From Oscillospiraceae bacterium (GTDB lineage: Bacteria > Bacillota > Clostridia > Oscillospirales > Acutalibacteraceae): a DNA stretch of 64,000 bases. The notes under the pieces are model-generated. The model was given only the letters and a program-made list of their open reading frames with translations, ran no database searches and was not told the DNA's origin. Position 1 is the stretch's first letter, and the number at the start of each line of letters is the position of its first letter. Positions 37,585-46,290 of the stretch are shown here, in pieces. The stretch spans positions 2,167 through 66,166 of the forward strand of contig JAVBNA010000020.1 of the NCBI GenBank assembly GCA_031551875.1, written 5' to 3'. Position numbers and translations under genes: made by a program.

Positions 37585-37730
37585 CCCTCATTCTTGTATG
37601 CATCAATATGTAGTGTCTGTTTTTTCTCCGGCCGCATGTGTGGAAATATCTTTAAGGTTCCGGCATGACCTGTCGAAGAAAAAGAGAACTTATCGGTTAT
37701 TGTACCATATTCCCATTACTTGCTCAAGGG

Positions 37731-37769
37731 AAATGACAAAATAGTAATATTTATTACATTTTGTCATTT
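37731..37769. repeat. AT-rich near-perfect palindrome (about 18-bp arms)
   Basis: AAATGACAAAATAGTAATA-T-TATTACATTTTGTCATTT. Lies between the rqcH stop and the -35 of the TTGAGC-17-TGgTACAAT promoter of the deacetylase gene. Confidence 0.6.
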
Positions 37770-37791
37770 ATTCGCCTGTGAAAGAAAAGAA

Positions 37792-39534
37792 TCAGTCAGT
37801 TCCATCCCTTTGAGGCGTCACGAAAACCGTCTTGTATTTGTCGTAGATCACCATGCCCGGCTTGGCGCCGGCCGGTTTTTTTACATAGCGCACCTCGGTA
37901 AAGTCCACCGGGACCTGTGAGGAAGCGGCCGCCTTGCTGTGCAGAGCTGCGAGCGCCGCCACCTCGAGGATGTCCTCTTCGGGCACTTCTTTCCCCTGCG
38001 TGACGAGCACCGTGTGCGAGCCGGGAATATTTTTGACGTGAAACCACAGATCGCCGGCCGACGCGCGCCCCAGTGTCAGCTGGTCGTTTTGCCGGTTGTT
38101 GCGCCCCACGAGCACCTCAAACCCGCCCTTCGTGAGAAAGGCTCTGGGCGGAAGAGGCGCGGATGAGGACGTTTTCCCTTTGGCGGCACGGCGCAGGTAG
38201 CCCTGTTCCATGAGCTCCTGCCGGATTTCCGTGAGCTCCCGCTCGCTTTCGGCGCGTGACAGCAGATCAAACACCGAATCGATGTACTCAAGTTCCTTTT
38301 CCGCCTGCGCAACCTGCACCGTGAGCATTTGCTCGGCTGTCTTTTGCTTGCGGTAGTCCTTGTAATATTTCTGAGCGTTGGCCGCCGGCGTGAGCATGAC
38401 ATCGAGTGGAATACTCACCGCGATGGGCGGATCCTCGTAGAAATTTTCCACGGCGGCAACCGCGTCTCCCTTTTGCAGCCGGTAAGCATTGGCGCTGATC
38501 AGGTCGCCGTACAAACGCATGGTGTCCCGTTCGGCGCATTTTTTCAGGTCAATCAGCTGAGCGTTGATTTTTCGGCTCAACCGATCGGAGATGCCCGACA
38601 GCAGCTTGAGCAGGTCGTGGGAACGCACGCGCATACGCTCGCGCGAGTCGCGCTTGGCGTAGTAGGCGTCGAGCAGCGCCGAAAAGCTTTCACAGGCGCT
38701 GACCTGCGCGCCCGCGCCGTACTGCCGGATCTCCATGAAGGAAAAGTCAAGCGGATTGCCGTCCTGCCCCGTGACCATACAGGGCGTGCCTCTTCCGCTC
38801 CGGGCGGTCGCAATCAGCTCACCCACGTGAAAAGACAGCCGCTCCCACTGTCCCTCGTTCATCTGGCACACACGCACCTCGCCCTTGCAGGCGCGGTGCT
38901 CCAGCTCGCGGGCGACAATGGGGGAAATGCCCTGGATGGCCGACAGCAGCGCTTTGGACAGCACCGCGCTATCCATCGTGCGCACACGGCTCACGATCTC
39001 GTCGGGCGTGCAGGAGAGCACCGACAGCTTATCCTGCGCAGGGGGTGCCTCAAGCGCAAGCCCCGGCAGCACCATGCGTTGGGAGGACATTTCGGGGTAG
39101 ACCCGCTTGAGCGCGTCCACAATGACCCCCTCGCCGTCGGTCAGGATCACATTGCTGTGCCGTCCCATAATTTCAATAATTAGGCAAAGGGTGGTCGGGT
39201 CGCCCAGCTCACTGACCGTGTCAAAGCGCAGACGAAGCATGCGCTCGACGTCCACCTGTTCGAAGCTGGCCAGCCGCGCCCCGGTCAGCCGCTTGCGCAG
39301 CAGCATGCAGAACATGGGCGGGAACAGCGGGTTTTCGGGCGAGTGCTTCGTGATGTGAATACGGGGACTGTTGGCGCGCGCCGACAACAGCAGCTTGCCC
39401 CCTGCCGTCCTTGACCGCAGGGCGAGCACAATTTCCTCCTTGCTCGGCTGGTAGACCTTCTCGATCTTTGCGCCGATGTATTCTTTTTCCAGTTCCTGTT
39501 TGACGTGCCGTAAGAATATGCCGTCCAGCGCCAT
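37792..39534 (-). CDS. rqcH: Ribosome quality-control NFACT protein RqcH (FbpA family)
   Basis: 580 aa. N-terminus MALDGIFL..., coiled-coil middle region, and C-terminal NFACT-R motif (LVGRNNRQND.LT...D.WFH). Confidence 0.85.
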   Translation of the reverse strand: MALDGIFLRHVKQELEKEYIGAKIEKVYQPSKEEIVLALRSRTAGGKLLLSARANSPRIHITKHSPENPLFPPMFCMLLRKRLTGARLASFEQVDVERMLRLRFDTVSELGDPTTLCLIIEIMGRHSNVILTDGEGVIVDALKRVYPEMSSQRMVLPGLALEAPPAQDKLSVLSCTPDEIVSRVRTMDSAVLSKALLSAIQGISPIVARELEHRACKGEVRVCQMNEGQWERLSFHVGELIATARSGRGTPCMVTGQDGNPLDFSFMEIRQYGAGAQVSACESFSALLDAYYAKRDSRERMRVRSHDLLKLLSGISDRLSRKINAQLIDLKKCAERDTMRLYGDLISANAYRLQKGDAVAAVENFYEDPPIAVSIPLDVMLTPAANAQKYYKDYRKQKTAEQMLTVQVAQAEKELEYIDSVFDLLSRAESERELTEIRQELMEQGYLRRAAKGKTSSSAPLPPRAFLTKGGFEVLVGRNNRQNDQLTLGRASAGDLWFHVKNIPGSHTVLVTQGKEVPEEDILEVAALAALHSKAAASSQVPVDFTEVRYVKKPAGAKPGMVIYDKYKTVFVTPQRDGTD

Positions 39535-39561
39535 GCTCAGGCCCCCTCAATCCTTTTAAAA

Positions 39562-40647
39562 TTATATCACACTGACCGGGTCGCGGTGTGCCTCCGACAG
39601 CAGGACGGGCAGGCCGGGAAATGCCTCACAAAGCATCTGCCTCAGCGGCTCCATCGCAACATGCTCGGTGGCAAAATGCCCCGCGTCAAGCAGTGTCAGC
39701 CCCATTTCGCGGGCGGCCAGCCATTCGTGATGCTTGACCTCCCCCGTGAGCAGCGCGTCGGCGACCCTAGCGGCCTCAGAGACCAGATGACCGCCCGCTC
39801 CGCCGCACACCGCAAGCCGCTTGACCGGGTGTCTGCCCGGCGCAAAGCGCACGGCGGCGCAGCCGAGCGACCGCTTGATGTGTCGGGCAAGCTCGGACGG
39901 AGGAAGCGCTTCAGGCAGCTCACCCACCCGCCCTTCACCCAGCGCGGTATGTACCGCACGGTTTTCCAGAACATCATAGGCCGGCTCCTCATAGGGGTGG
40001 GCGTCCCTCATGGCGTTCAGTACGGCGGGCAGCGCAGTCTTGCTGCACAGCAGCTCCAGCCGCGTCTCCTCGACACGGGACAGCTCGCCGGTCTCCCCCA
40101 CCGCCGGACGTGCGTCTGCAAGCGGACGGAACTGCCCGACGCCGTCGCTCCGAAAAGCGCAGTCACAGTATTGCCCCAGCGCGCCCGCGCCTGCGCCCGT
40201 CATGGCGGCGAGCACCGCATCAGCCTGTCCGCGCGGCACAAACACAATGAGCTTGACGCCGTATTCTGCGCGGTAATCTTTAAACGGACGCGCATTCGTG
40301 AGCCCCACCGCCTGTGCGAGGCTTGTGTTGACGCCGCCTTCGGCGACGTCGTAGTTGGTGTGGACGCTGATGACGCCGATTTTGCGCTCAATCAGCTTAT
40401 ACACCGTGTCACCCGGCGCAATGCGCCTGAGCGGGTGAAAAATGACCGGGTGGTGGCTGACAATCAGACTGCACCCCTTGTCCGCTGCCTCCTCCGCAAC
40501 CTCATTCGTGACGTCCAGCGCCACGAGTGCTTTGTAAACCGGGTCATCGGCCGCGCCGATCAGCAGTCCGGCGTTGTCGAAGTCCATCTGTGTGTCAAAG
40601 GGGGCGACGGCATCGATTTTGTCATAAATTTCCCCGATGGTGATCAT
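39562..40647 (-). CDS. Nif3-like dinuclear metal-centre protein (YqfO family, with PII-like insert)
   Basis: DNAGLLIG, SHHP and HTNYD motifs. Start at the ATG at 40647 after AGGAGGA. ATGA overlap with trmK. Confidence 0.85.
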   Translation of the reverse strand: MITIGEIYDKIDAVAPFDTQMDFDNAGLLIGAADDPVYKALVALDVTNEVAEEAADKGCSLIVSHHPVIFHPLRRIAPGDTVYKLIERKIGVISVHTNYDVAEGGVNTSLAQAVGLTNARPFKDYRAEYGVKLIVFVPRGQADAVLAAMTGAGAGALGQYCDCAFRSDGVGQFRPLADARPAVGETGELSRVEETRLELLCSKTALPAVLNAMRDAHPYEEPAYDVLENRAVHTALGEGRVGELPEALPPSELARHIKRSLGCAAVRFAPGRHPVKRLAVCGGAGGHLVSEAARVADALLTGEVKHHEWLAAREMGLTLLDAGHFATEHVAMEPLRQMLCEAFPGLPVLLSEAHRDPVSVI

Positions 40648-41351
40648 GCGTTTTCCTCCTTGTCTGTCATAGCTTGCAGCTCTTCCATGAGCCGCCCGAA
40701 GGCCTCCGCCCGTTCGGCTTCTCCCCGCGCGCACAGGCCTTTATAAATATTCCCGATGTGACGCAGCTGTTTGCGGATGTACCGCCTGTTTTCCGCTGAG
40801 GCGGCGGGATTTAGAAGGCCGATCCAGCGATAGCGCGAGGCCTCCCCGCAGGGCGTCGGGACGCCGGTATAGCGCGCGGTCATGATCGTATAAATCCACC
40901 CCGCCGCGCTTACCGCCCACTCCTCCTCCAGCGCATACCCATGCCCCGCCAGAAATTCCCTGAGTTCCTCCGCGGCGGACATGGGCTGTAAAAACCATCG
41001 AATGGCGGGGGTCCTCCACCCGCCCTGTTCGAGGATGCGAGCAATGAGTTCGCCCCCCATGCCGGCGATTACGACCTCATCCGCCTCGTCGGGCGTGAAC
41101 GCCGACAACCCGTCCGACAACCGCGCCTCCACCCTGTCCTCACAACCGTAGAGCGCAATGTTCTCCCTCGCCCGCCGAAGCGGTCCCTCGGCAACGTCGG
41201 CGGCAATCGCCCGTGCGATGACGCCCTCCCGGCACAGCCACACCGGCAGGCGGGCGTGATCGGTGCCGATGTCCGCCAGGGTGCACCCTGGCGTCACACG
41301 ATCCGCGATGGCGCGCAGGCGGGGGTCAAGTTCAAACAAAGGGCGCGTCAT
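40644..41351 (-). CDS. trmK: tRNA (adenine22-N1)-methyltransferase
   Basis: LADIGTDHARLPVWL and IAGMGGELI motifs. trmK-nif3 gene pair as in B. subtilis yqfN-yqfO. Confidence 0.8.
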   Translation of the reverse strand: MTRPLFELDPRLRAIADRVTPGCTLADIGTDHARLPVWLCREGVIARAIAADVAEGPLRRARENIALYGCEDRVEARLSDGLSAFTPDEADEVVIAGMGGELIARILEQGGWRTPAIRWFLQPMSAAEELREFLAGHGYALEEEWAVSAAGWIYTIMTARYTGVPTPCGEASRYRWIGLLNPAASAENRRYIRKQLRHIGNIYKGLCARGEAERAEAFGRLMEELQAMTDKEENA

Positions 41352-41419
41352 GGACAAACCTCCTATTGTCAACCGACCGGAAAAAGCGCCGCCGCCCATG
41401 TTGGACGGCGGCGGTACAG

Positions 41420-41635
41420 TCAGTCCTGTTTCTCTCCTGAAATGTGTGCGTTGAGACGCTGAACAAGCGCGTCCGCGTCGGTGCCGTGCACCTGGCAGGC
41501 CTGCTCGATGGTTTCCCCCCGTGAGGCGGGGCAGCCCAGGCAGTGCATGCCCATTTCCAGAAAATAGGGCGCTGTTTCGCGATCCAGATCCAATACATCC
41601 CCGATGATCGTTTCCTTGGTAATCAATGCCATCAT
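41420..41635 (-). CDS. DUF1858-domain protein (hybrid-cluster-protein-associated redox disulfide domain)
   Basis: 71 aa with GMHCLGCPAS..ETIE.AC..HG.D signature. Confidence 0.7.
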   Translation of the reverse strand: MMALITKETIIGDVLDLDRETAPYFLEMGMHCLGCPASRGETIEQACQVHGTDADALVQRLNAHISGEKQD

Positions 41636-41654
41636 TTTTCCTCCGTTCTTACTC

Positions 41655-44510
41655 TTATCGGATGACCGTCCCTGCCGAGGGCGGAATTATATTCTCCCCA
41701 CTGACCCGCTCCAAATATGCCTTTTTGTAAACCGGAAGCAAAGAAAAATCGCTGTCGCGCATATCAAAGCCACGGAAATCGGCGCTTTCCAGGTCAAAGC
41801 TGGGCGGGTAAATCAGCCCCTTGATGTCGGACGCGCCCGCAACGTGCTCAAAGCGCATGTTTTTGACCAGACTGAAATCGCTGTATGAAATGTCACGGCC
41901 GCGGAAGTCCGTGCGCTGCATGTTGAAGGTGTTGGGATAGACAATGCCGTTGATTTTCTGCGCGAGACGGATGTGCCCGAAGGTCAGCCCCGACACCTTG
42001 CTGAAATCGCTGTATGCGATGTTGCGTCCCGAATAGTCGGCGTTTTCAATGTCGAAAGACGCGGGATAAGCCAGGCCGTAAATCCGATAGGTGTTCATGA
42101 CGTGCTGCCAGCGAAAGCTGCTGACCCGCGTGAAGTCGGAGAATGAAATATCGCGGTCAAAGAACTCCGCCCGCTCAATATTGAAATCGGAGGGATATTC
42201 AATGCCCCGAATCGACGCCGCCGTGCGCAGGTGCTTCCAGCGCAGATCCTCGACACGGGTGAAGTCGGAAAAGGAAATGTCCCGTCCCGAGAAATCGGCC
42301 CGTTCAATGTCAAAGTCGGCGGGGTATACGATGCCCTTGATTTTTTCCGCCGGCTGGAGGTGCTTCCAACGCAGGAAGCGCAACTGGCTGAAATCACTCT
42401 GAGAGATATCCCGGCCGGTAAAATCAGCGCGGTCAATGTTAAACTCGCGGGGGTAAATAATCCCTTTGAGGGAATTCGAGCGCTTGATCTGCCGCCATTT
42501 GAGGAAAGGAACCAAGCTGAAATCGGAGAAGGAGATATCCTTGCCCATAAAGTCGGCGTTTTCCATATCAAATTCCGCCGGGTACTTGACCCCGACGATG
42601 TTTTCGGCAAAGCGGATGTGTTCCCAGCGCAGGTATTTGTCCTTGCTAAAATCCATATAGGCGAGGTAACGCCCGTCATACCGCTCATGCTCGCGAATCT
42701 TGCGCAGCGTTTCACTGTCCGCGATCGTACGCATGGCCGGCGCAGTCTGTACCGCTCCTGAGGTGTCGCCCGTCTGGGGCAGCATCGGCGGCATCATGCC
42801 CGGCGACATGTGATACATCATCATGCCGCCGTTCGGACTCATCACCACATACATGGGCACCGGCACCCCCGTCGGCATCATGCCCGCCTGCAGGCCGAGC
42901 GGCTGTATGCCCTGCATTCCGGGGAAACCCTGCATCTGCACAAAGCTCTGCATTTGCGGCGGTACCATCACTGGCTGTCCGCCCGGGAAAGCGCCGTTCA
43001 TCAGCTGCTGCTGATAAGCCGCCCACATCTGGGCGAGCTTGGTTCCCATATCCTCAGCCGCACTCCCCGCTCCTCCGTCGGCAAACGGCGACTGTTCGGG
43101 CTGGCTGCGCGTGGTTTTTTTAGGACGCTGGGGTTCGGGTTGGGGCTGTTTGGGCGCGGCTTTTTCGGTCACCGCGCGCTCGGACTCCTTCCGATTCAGG
43201 ATGGTCACCTGATAGGACGTGTCGGGCTGCACCGCTTCACTGCCGTGACTGCGCACAGTGTTGGAGACACGATCTGACGGGTTAATCCTGAGCGGCTCAG
43301 GGTTTTCCTTGGTTCCCGTGCGCATGCCAGCAGCTCCTGACGATTGTCCGGCGGTGGCGCGCGACGGCGGTTTGCGGGTTCGGGCAGCGGAAGAACCGTT
43401 TAGCGGGATATTCTTCCAGGTCAGCTCAGCTTCTTTGTGCTCCGCGGGCTGTCTGTCCTCCTCCCCCTTGTCCGACTGTGCAAACTCAGCCCGGTAAGGG
43501 TTGGATCTTTTCTTTTCCTCTTTGGGCTTTTCCTTGTCAAAGGCCGCGCGCAGCTGTTCTTTGTATCGATTGATCCGGTCGGCGTAGCTGCCGCCGCTCG
43601 GCTCTTCATAGGGCTGTTCAAATTCGGCTTCCGGTTCAGGCTCGTACTCGTCCTGCTCCTCCGGCTCTGACACGGCCTCTTCCTCCGTCACCGGCAGCTC
43701 CTCGTCCAAGTCGGACAATGCGGCCTCTTCGGCAGACACTTCCCTGGAAATATACTCCTCTTCCTGGGAAGGAACCTCCTCCGCCGGCGCGAAGAGAATC
43801 TCGAGCGGAGCGGGCTCCGCAGCGGGATGCGCCTGCACAATGATCTGCGGGTCGGTCGGCAGCGTGACTGGCGGCACGGCCGGAGATAGGGGCAGAACGG
43901 GAGGCACCTCCGTATATTCAGGCGCCCAGCCGGGCGCTGTTCGTTCGGGGATAATCACCTCGTATGGCGGGCTGGTTTGCGTCTGAGCCTGTCCGTTTGG
44001 ATAGGGCGACGCATAGCTCGGCCGGTAGACGGGCGGAGCGGGACGCACCGGCGCGGAATAGGCGGGGGGCGTCGGATAGGGCGACGCCGCTGGCGCGCCG
44101 TTGTTGTAATAGGGCGGCCGTATCACCGGTTCAGGCGTCAAATACGGAGTGACCGGCCGCTGGGGCGCAGAACGTACATTTCCGTTATAGTAGGGCAAAT
44201 CAGGCTGGGGCTGAAATCCATCGCGGTAGGGCAGGTTTGCCTTTTGCGGGCTCTGCGGTCGGATCGCAGGCGGCTGTGCAGGACGGACATAGGCGGGCTG
44301 GCTCTCCCGCGCAAACACACCTTTGTTGACCGTAAACCCGGTAAGCTGCTTGCTGACCGCGTTGCCGCACTCCGCGCACACAATTGCGGTCGGCGAATTG
44401 GGCGCGCCGCAGTTGGCACACCGAACCGAATGATCCTGTTTAGCCTTCACAGGATCACCGCTTTGCAGTGAATCCAAAAAATTGTCAAAATCAGGCATTT
44501 GGCCTTTCAT
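41655..44510 (-). CDS. Large zinc-ribbon / proline-rich disordered / 43-aa-repeat (pentapeptide-like) protein
   Basis: 951 aa. N-terminal CANCGAPNSPTAIVCAECG, about 540 aa of Pro/Gln/Met-rich low complexity, and a C-terminal 7 x 43-aa repeat block. No TM segment seen. Confidence 0.7.
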   Translation of the reverse strand: MKGQMPDFDNFLDSLQSGDPVKAKQDHSVRCANCGAPNSPTAIVCAECGNAVSKQLTGFTVNKGVFARESQPAYVRPAQPPAIRPQSPQKANLPYRDGFQPQPDLPYYNGNVRSAPQRPVTPYLTPEPVIRPPYYNNGAPAASPYPTPPAYSAPVRPAPPVYRPSYASPYPNGQAQTQTSPPYEVIIPERTAPGWAPEYTEVPPVLPLSPAVPPVTLPTDPQIIVQAHPAAEPAPLEILFAPAEEVPSQEEEYISREVSAEEAALSDLDEELPVTEEEAVSEPEEQDEYEPEPEAEFEQPYEEPSGGSYADRINRYKEQLRAAFDKEKPKEEKKRSNPYRAEFAQSDKGEEDRQPAEHKEAELTWKNIPLNGSSAARTRKPPSRATAGQSSGAAGMRTGTKENPEPLRINPSDRVSNTVRSHGSEAVQPDTSYQVTILNRKESERAVTEKAAPKQPQPEPQRPKKTTRSQPEQSPFADGGAGSAAEDMGTKLAQMWAAYQQQLMNGAFPGGQPVMVPPQMQSFVQMQGFPGMQGIQPLGLQAGMMPTGVPVPMYVVMSPNGGMMMYHMSPGMMPPMLPQTGDTSGAVQTAPAMRTIADSETLRKIREHERYDGRYLAYMDFSKDKYLRWEHIRFAENIVGVKYPAEFDMENADFMGKDISFSDFSLVPFLKWRQIKRSNSLKGIIYPREFNIDRADFTGRDISQSDFSQLRFLRWKHLQPAEKIKGIVYPADFDIERADFSGRDISFSDFTRVEDLRWKHLRTAASIRGIEYPSDFNIERAEFFDRDISFSDFTRVSSFRWQHVMNTYRIYGLAYPASFDIENADYSGRNIAYSDFSKVSGLTFGHIRLAQKINGIVYPNTFNMQRTDFRGRDISYSDFSLVKNMRFEHVAGASDIKGLIYPPSFDLESADFRGFDMRDSDFSLLPVYKKAYLERVSGENIIPPSAGTVIR
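41745..42647 (-). repeat. Seven tandem 129-bp coding repeats (43 aa each)
   Basis: The anchor residue triplet SDF recurs with an exact 43-residue period. Consensus S.V..LRW.H.....I.GI.YP..F.IE.ADF.GRDIS.SDF. Confidence 0.85.
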
Positions 44511-44671
44511 CCTTTCGGGTTATCTGCTGACTGCTCTACCCACTCAATCCTTTTTCAGGTTCGAGTCAAGCCATACCCCGTCCATGGGAAAACCGCACTC
44601 CCATGTATCTGGTATAATAGTATACCACAAAACCTTGTGAATCACAAATATTTCTTTTCCTCCTGCGCTGA

Positions 44672-45445
44672 TCAGTGCAGGCCTTCAAAATCCGAGGCAA
44701 AAAAATTGTATTTATACGGACTGTCGGGATGTTTTCGGATGATACAAATCATTTCCCCGACGCCGTCATAGGTTTCGCCGTCCTCCATCAAATCCCCCGC
44801 CCGTCCGACACATTTTATGAATCCGTTTCCCAGATCCTGCACATAGTCGACCTCGGCCTTGACCGCCATATAAAAGGAGCCGTCCCATTTGTAATAGTCG
44901 CCGTCGTAATATATCGTTTCCATGTTGTCAGGGTTATCCTCCGCATATTGCTGCGGCTGTTCGATGCGTTTGCCAAAATAGCCGTAGATCATGTCCTCAA
45001 AGGTCTTAGCGGACACACCCAGCCGTCCGTCGGGGAATGTCTTAGTCTTTTTTTCCCTGATGCTCATGTTTATGCCGCAGTTGAGCAGGACTTCGTCGTC
45101 AATCTCTGTATATTCAAATTGCCCGAATACAGCCATGCTGCTTGTCAGATAGGCTTCAATTTCCGCAATCTCAGCCTCGGTCAGCTTTAAATATTTGCCC
45201 TTTTGACTGGTCTTGGGCACCTCCGCGTCCACCGGGATGCCCGACGTGATGTTCGATACCTCCGAGGACGGAACACTTTCGGGAACGACCACTTCGGATG
45301 CTACCGATTCCGTGACGCTTGTCACCGTTGAAGTAACGCTCTCCCTCTCACTGGTAACAGGGGCGGTCGGCTTTGCGGATGTACAGCCCCACAAAAGGCA
45401 GAGGCTCATAAAAAGGGCCAGAATCCCTGACATTTTTTTCTTCAT
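44672..45445 (-). CDS. Hypothetical lipoprotein
   Basis: Signal peptide plus lipobox MKKKMSGILALFMSLCLLWGC, followed by a Ser/Thr/Val-rich linker. Start at the ATG at 45445 after AAGGAGA. Confidence 0.6.
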   Translation of the reverse strand: MKKKMSGILALFMSLCLLWGCTSAKPTAPVTSERESVTSTVTSVTESVASEVVVPESVPSSEVSNITSGIPVDAEVPKTSQKGKYLKLTEAEIAEIEAYLTSSMAVFGQFEYTEIDDEVLLNCGINMSIREKKTKTFPDGRLGVSAKTFEDMIYGYFGKRIEQPQQYAEDNPDNMETIYYDGDYYKWDGSFYMAVKAEVDYVQDLGNGFIKCVGRAGDLMEDGETYDGVGEMICIIRKHPDSPYKYNFFASDFEGLH

Positions 45446-45710
45446 GGTTGTCTCCTTCCGGACGTTCATCATAAAAGCTTTCAATTCTATATATTATAAA
45501 CCATTTTATGTGGATACACAACCATTTTGTCCCAAATTCTGATTGATTACAAGCTTTCGTCGCCCCACAGTAATTTTTTCCTTTCTTGAAACAAAAGTTT
45601 ACAAAAAAGTCCAGATTCGTTTAAATCTGGTTTTCAAAACTTGGTTGCGCATTGTACAGGTTTGTGTTAGAATATGTAGGATATTATGAGTGAAGAGGTG
45701 ACTTCTTTCG

Positions 45711-46253
45711 ATGAGCAGTCCCAATGAACGGATCCAGGCCTGGGTGCAGGACATCTCCGCCTACTCACACGTGGAGTGGAACCGGATGCCGGAAATTGAC
45801 CTGTACATGGATCAGGTTATTACATACATGGACAAGCAGCTCAGCGTGTTCCGGCGCAGCGACGAGGCCAAGGCGCTGACGCCCAGCATGATTAACAACT
45901 ATGTCAAGGATGAGCTTCTGAAAAATCCCGTGCGAAAAAAATACTCGCGTGAGCATCTCGCGGCGCTGCATATGATCTGCCTGCTCAAGCAGGTGCTCTC
46001 CATCCCCGATGTGTCCGACCTGTTAAAGCTTCTTGGCGAACATAAATCCATGGAGGAACTGTATGAATCTTTTTCCTCCATTCAGAAAACCGCCTTTGCC
46101 GACGTCGCACAACGCGTCGCCGCCATGGACGACCACCGTGAGCATTTAGTGGCTCTCGCACTTGAGCTTTCCATTGAAGCCGGCGCCCGCCGGACTATGG
46201 TGGAAAAAATTCTCAGTGAAATGTCGCGGGGCGAGACCGAAGAAAAGGAATAG
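45711..46253 (+). CDS. DUF1836-domain protein
   Basis: 180 aa with YMDQVI.YM...L..MINNYVK..L...P.KKKYS.EHLA.L..I..LK signature. Confidence 0.65.
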   Translation: MSSPNERIQAWVQDISAYSHVEWNRMPEIDLYMDQVITYMDKQLSVFRRSDEAKALTPSMINNYVKDELLKNPVRKKYSREHLAALHMICLLKQVLSIPDVSDLLKLLGEHKSMEELYESFSSIQKTAFADVAQRVAAMDDHREHLVALALELSIEAGARRTMVEKILSEMSRGETEEKE

Positions 46254-46290
46254 TCTTAACGTCCCACACCTGAACATAAGGAGAATGAAC

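Noticed and set aside
42091-42761. Several 100-200-aa ORFs in alternative frames and on the opposite strand
   Set aside because: They are by-products of the 129-bp coding repeats of the 951-aa gene. Their periodicity mirrors the main frame.
44600-44625. Extended -10-like TGGTATAAT on the plus strand
   Set aside because: No plus-strand gene lies downstream, since the next gene is on the minus strand. The same palindromic GGTATAatagTATACC region supplies a -10 for the minus-strand 951-aa gene, which is the more sensible assignment.
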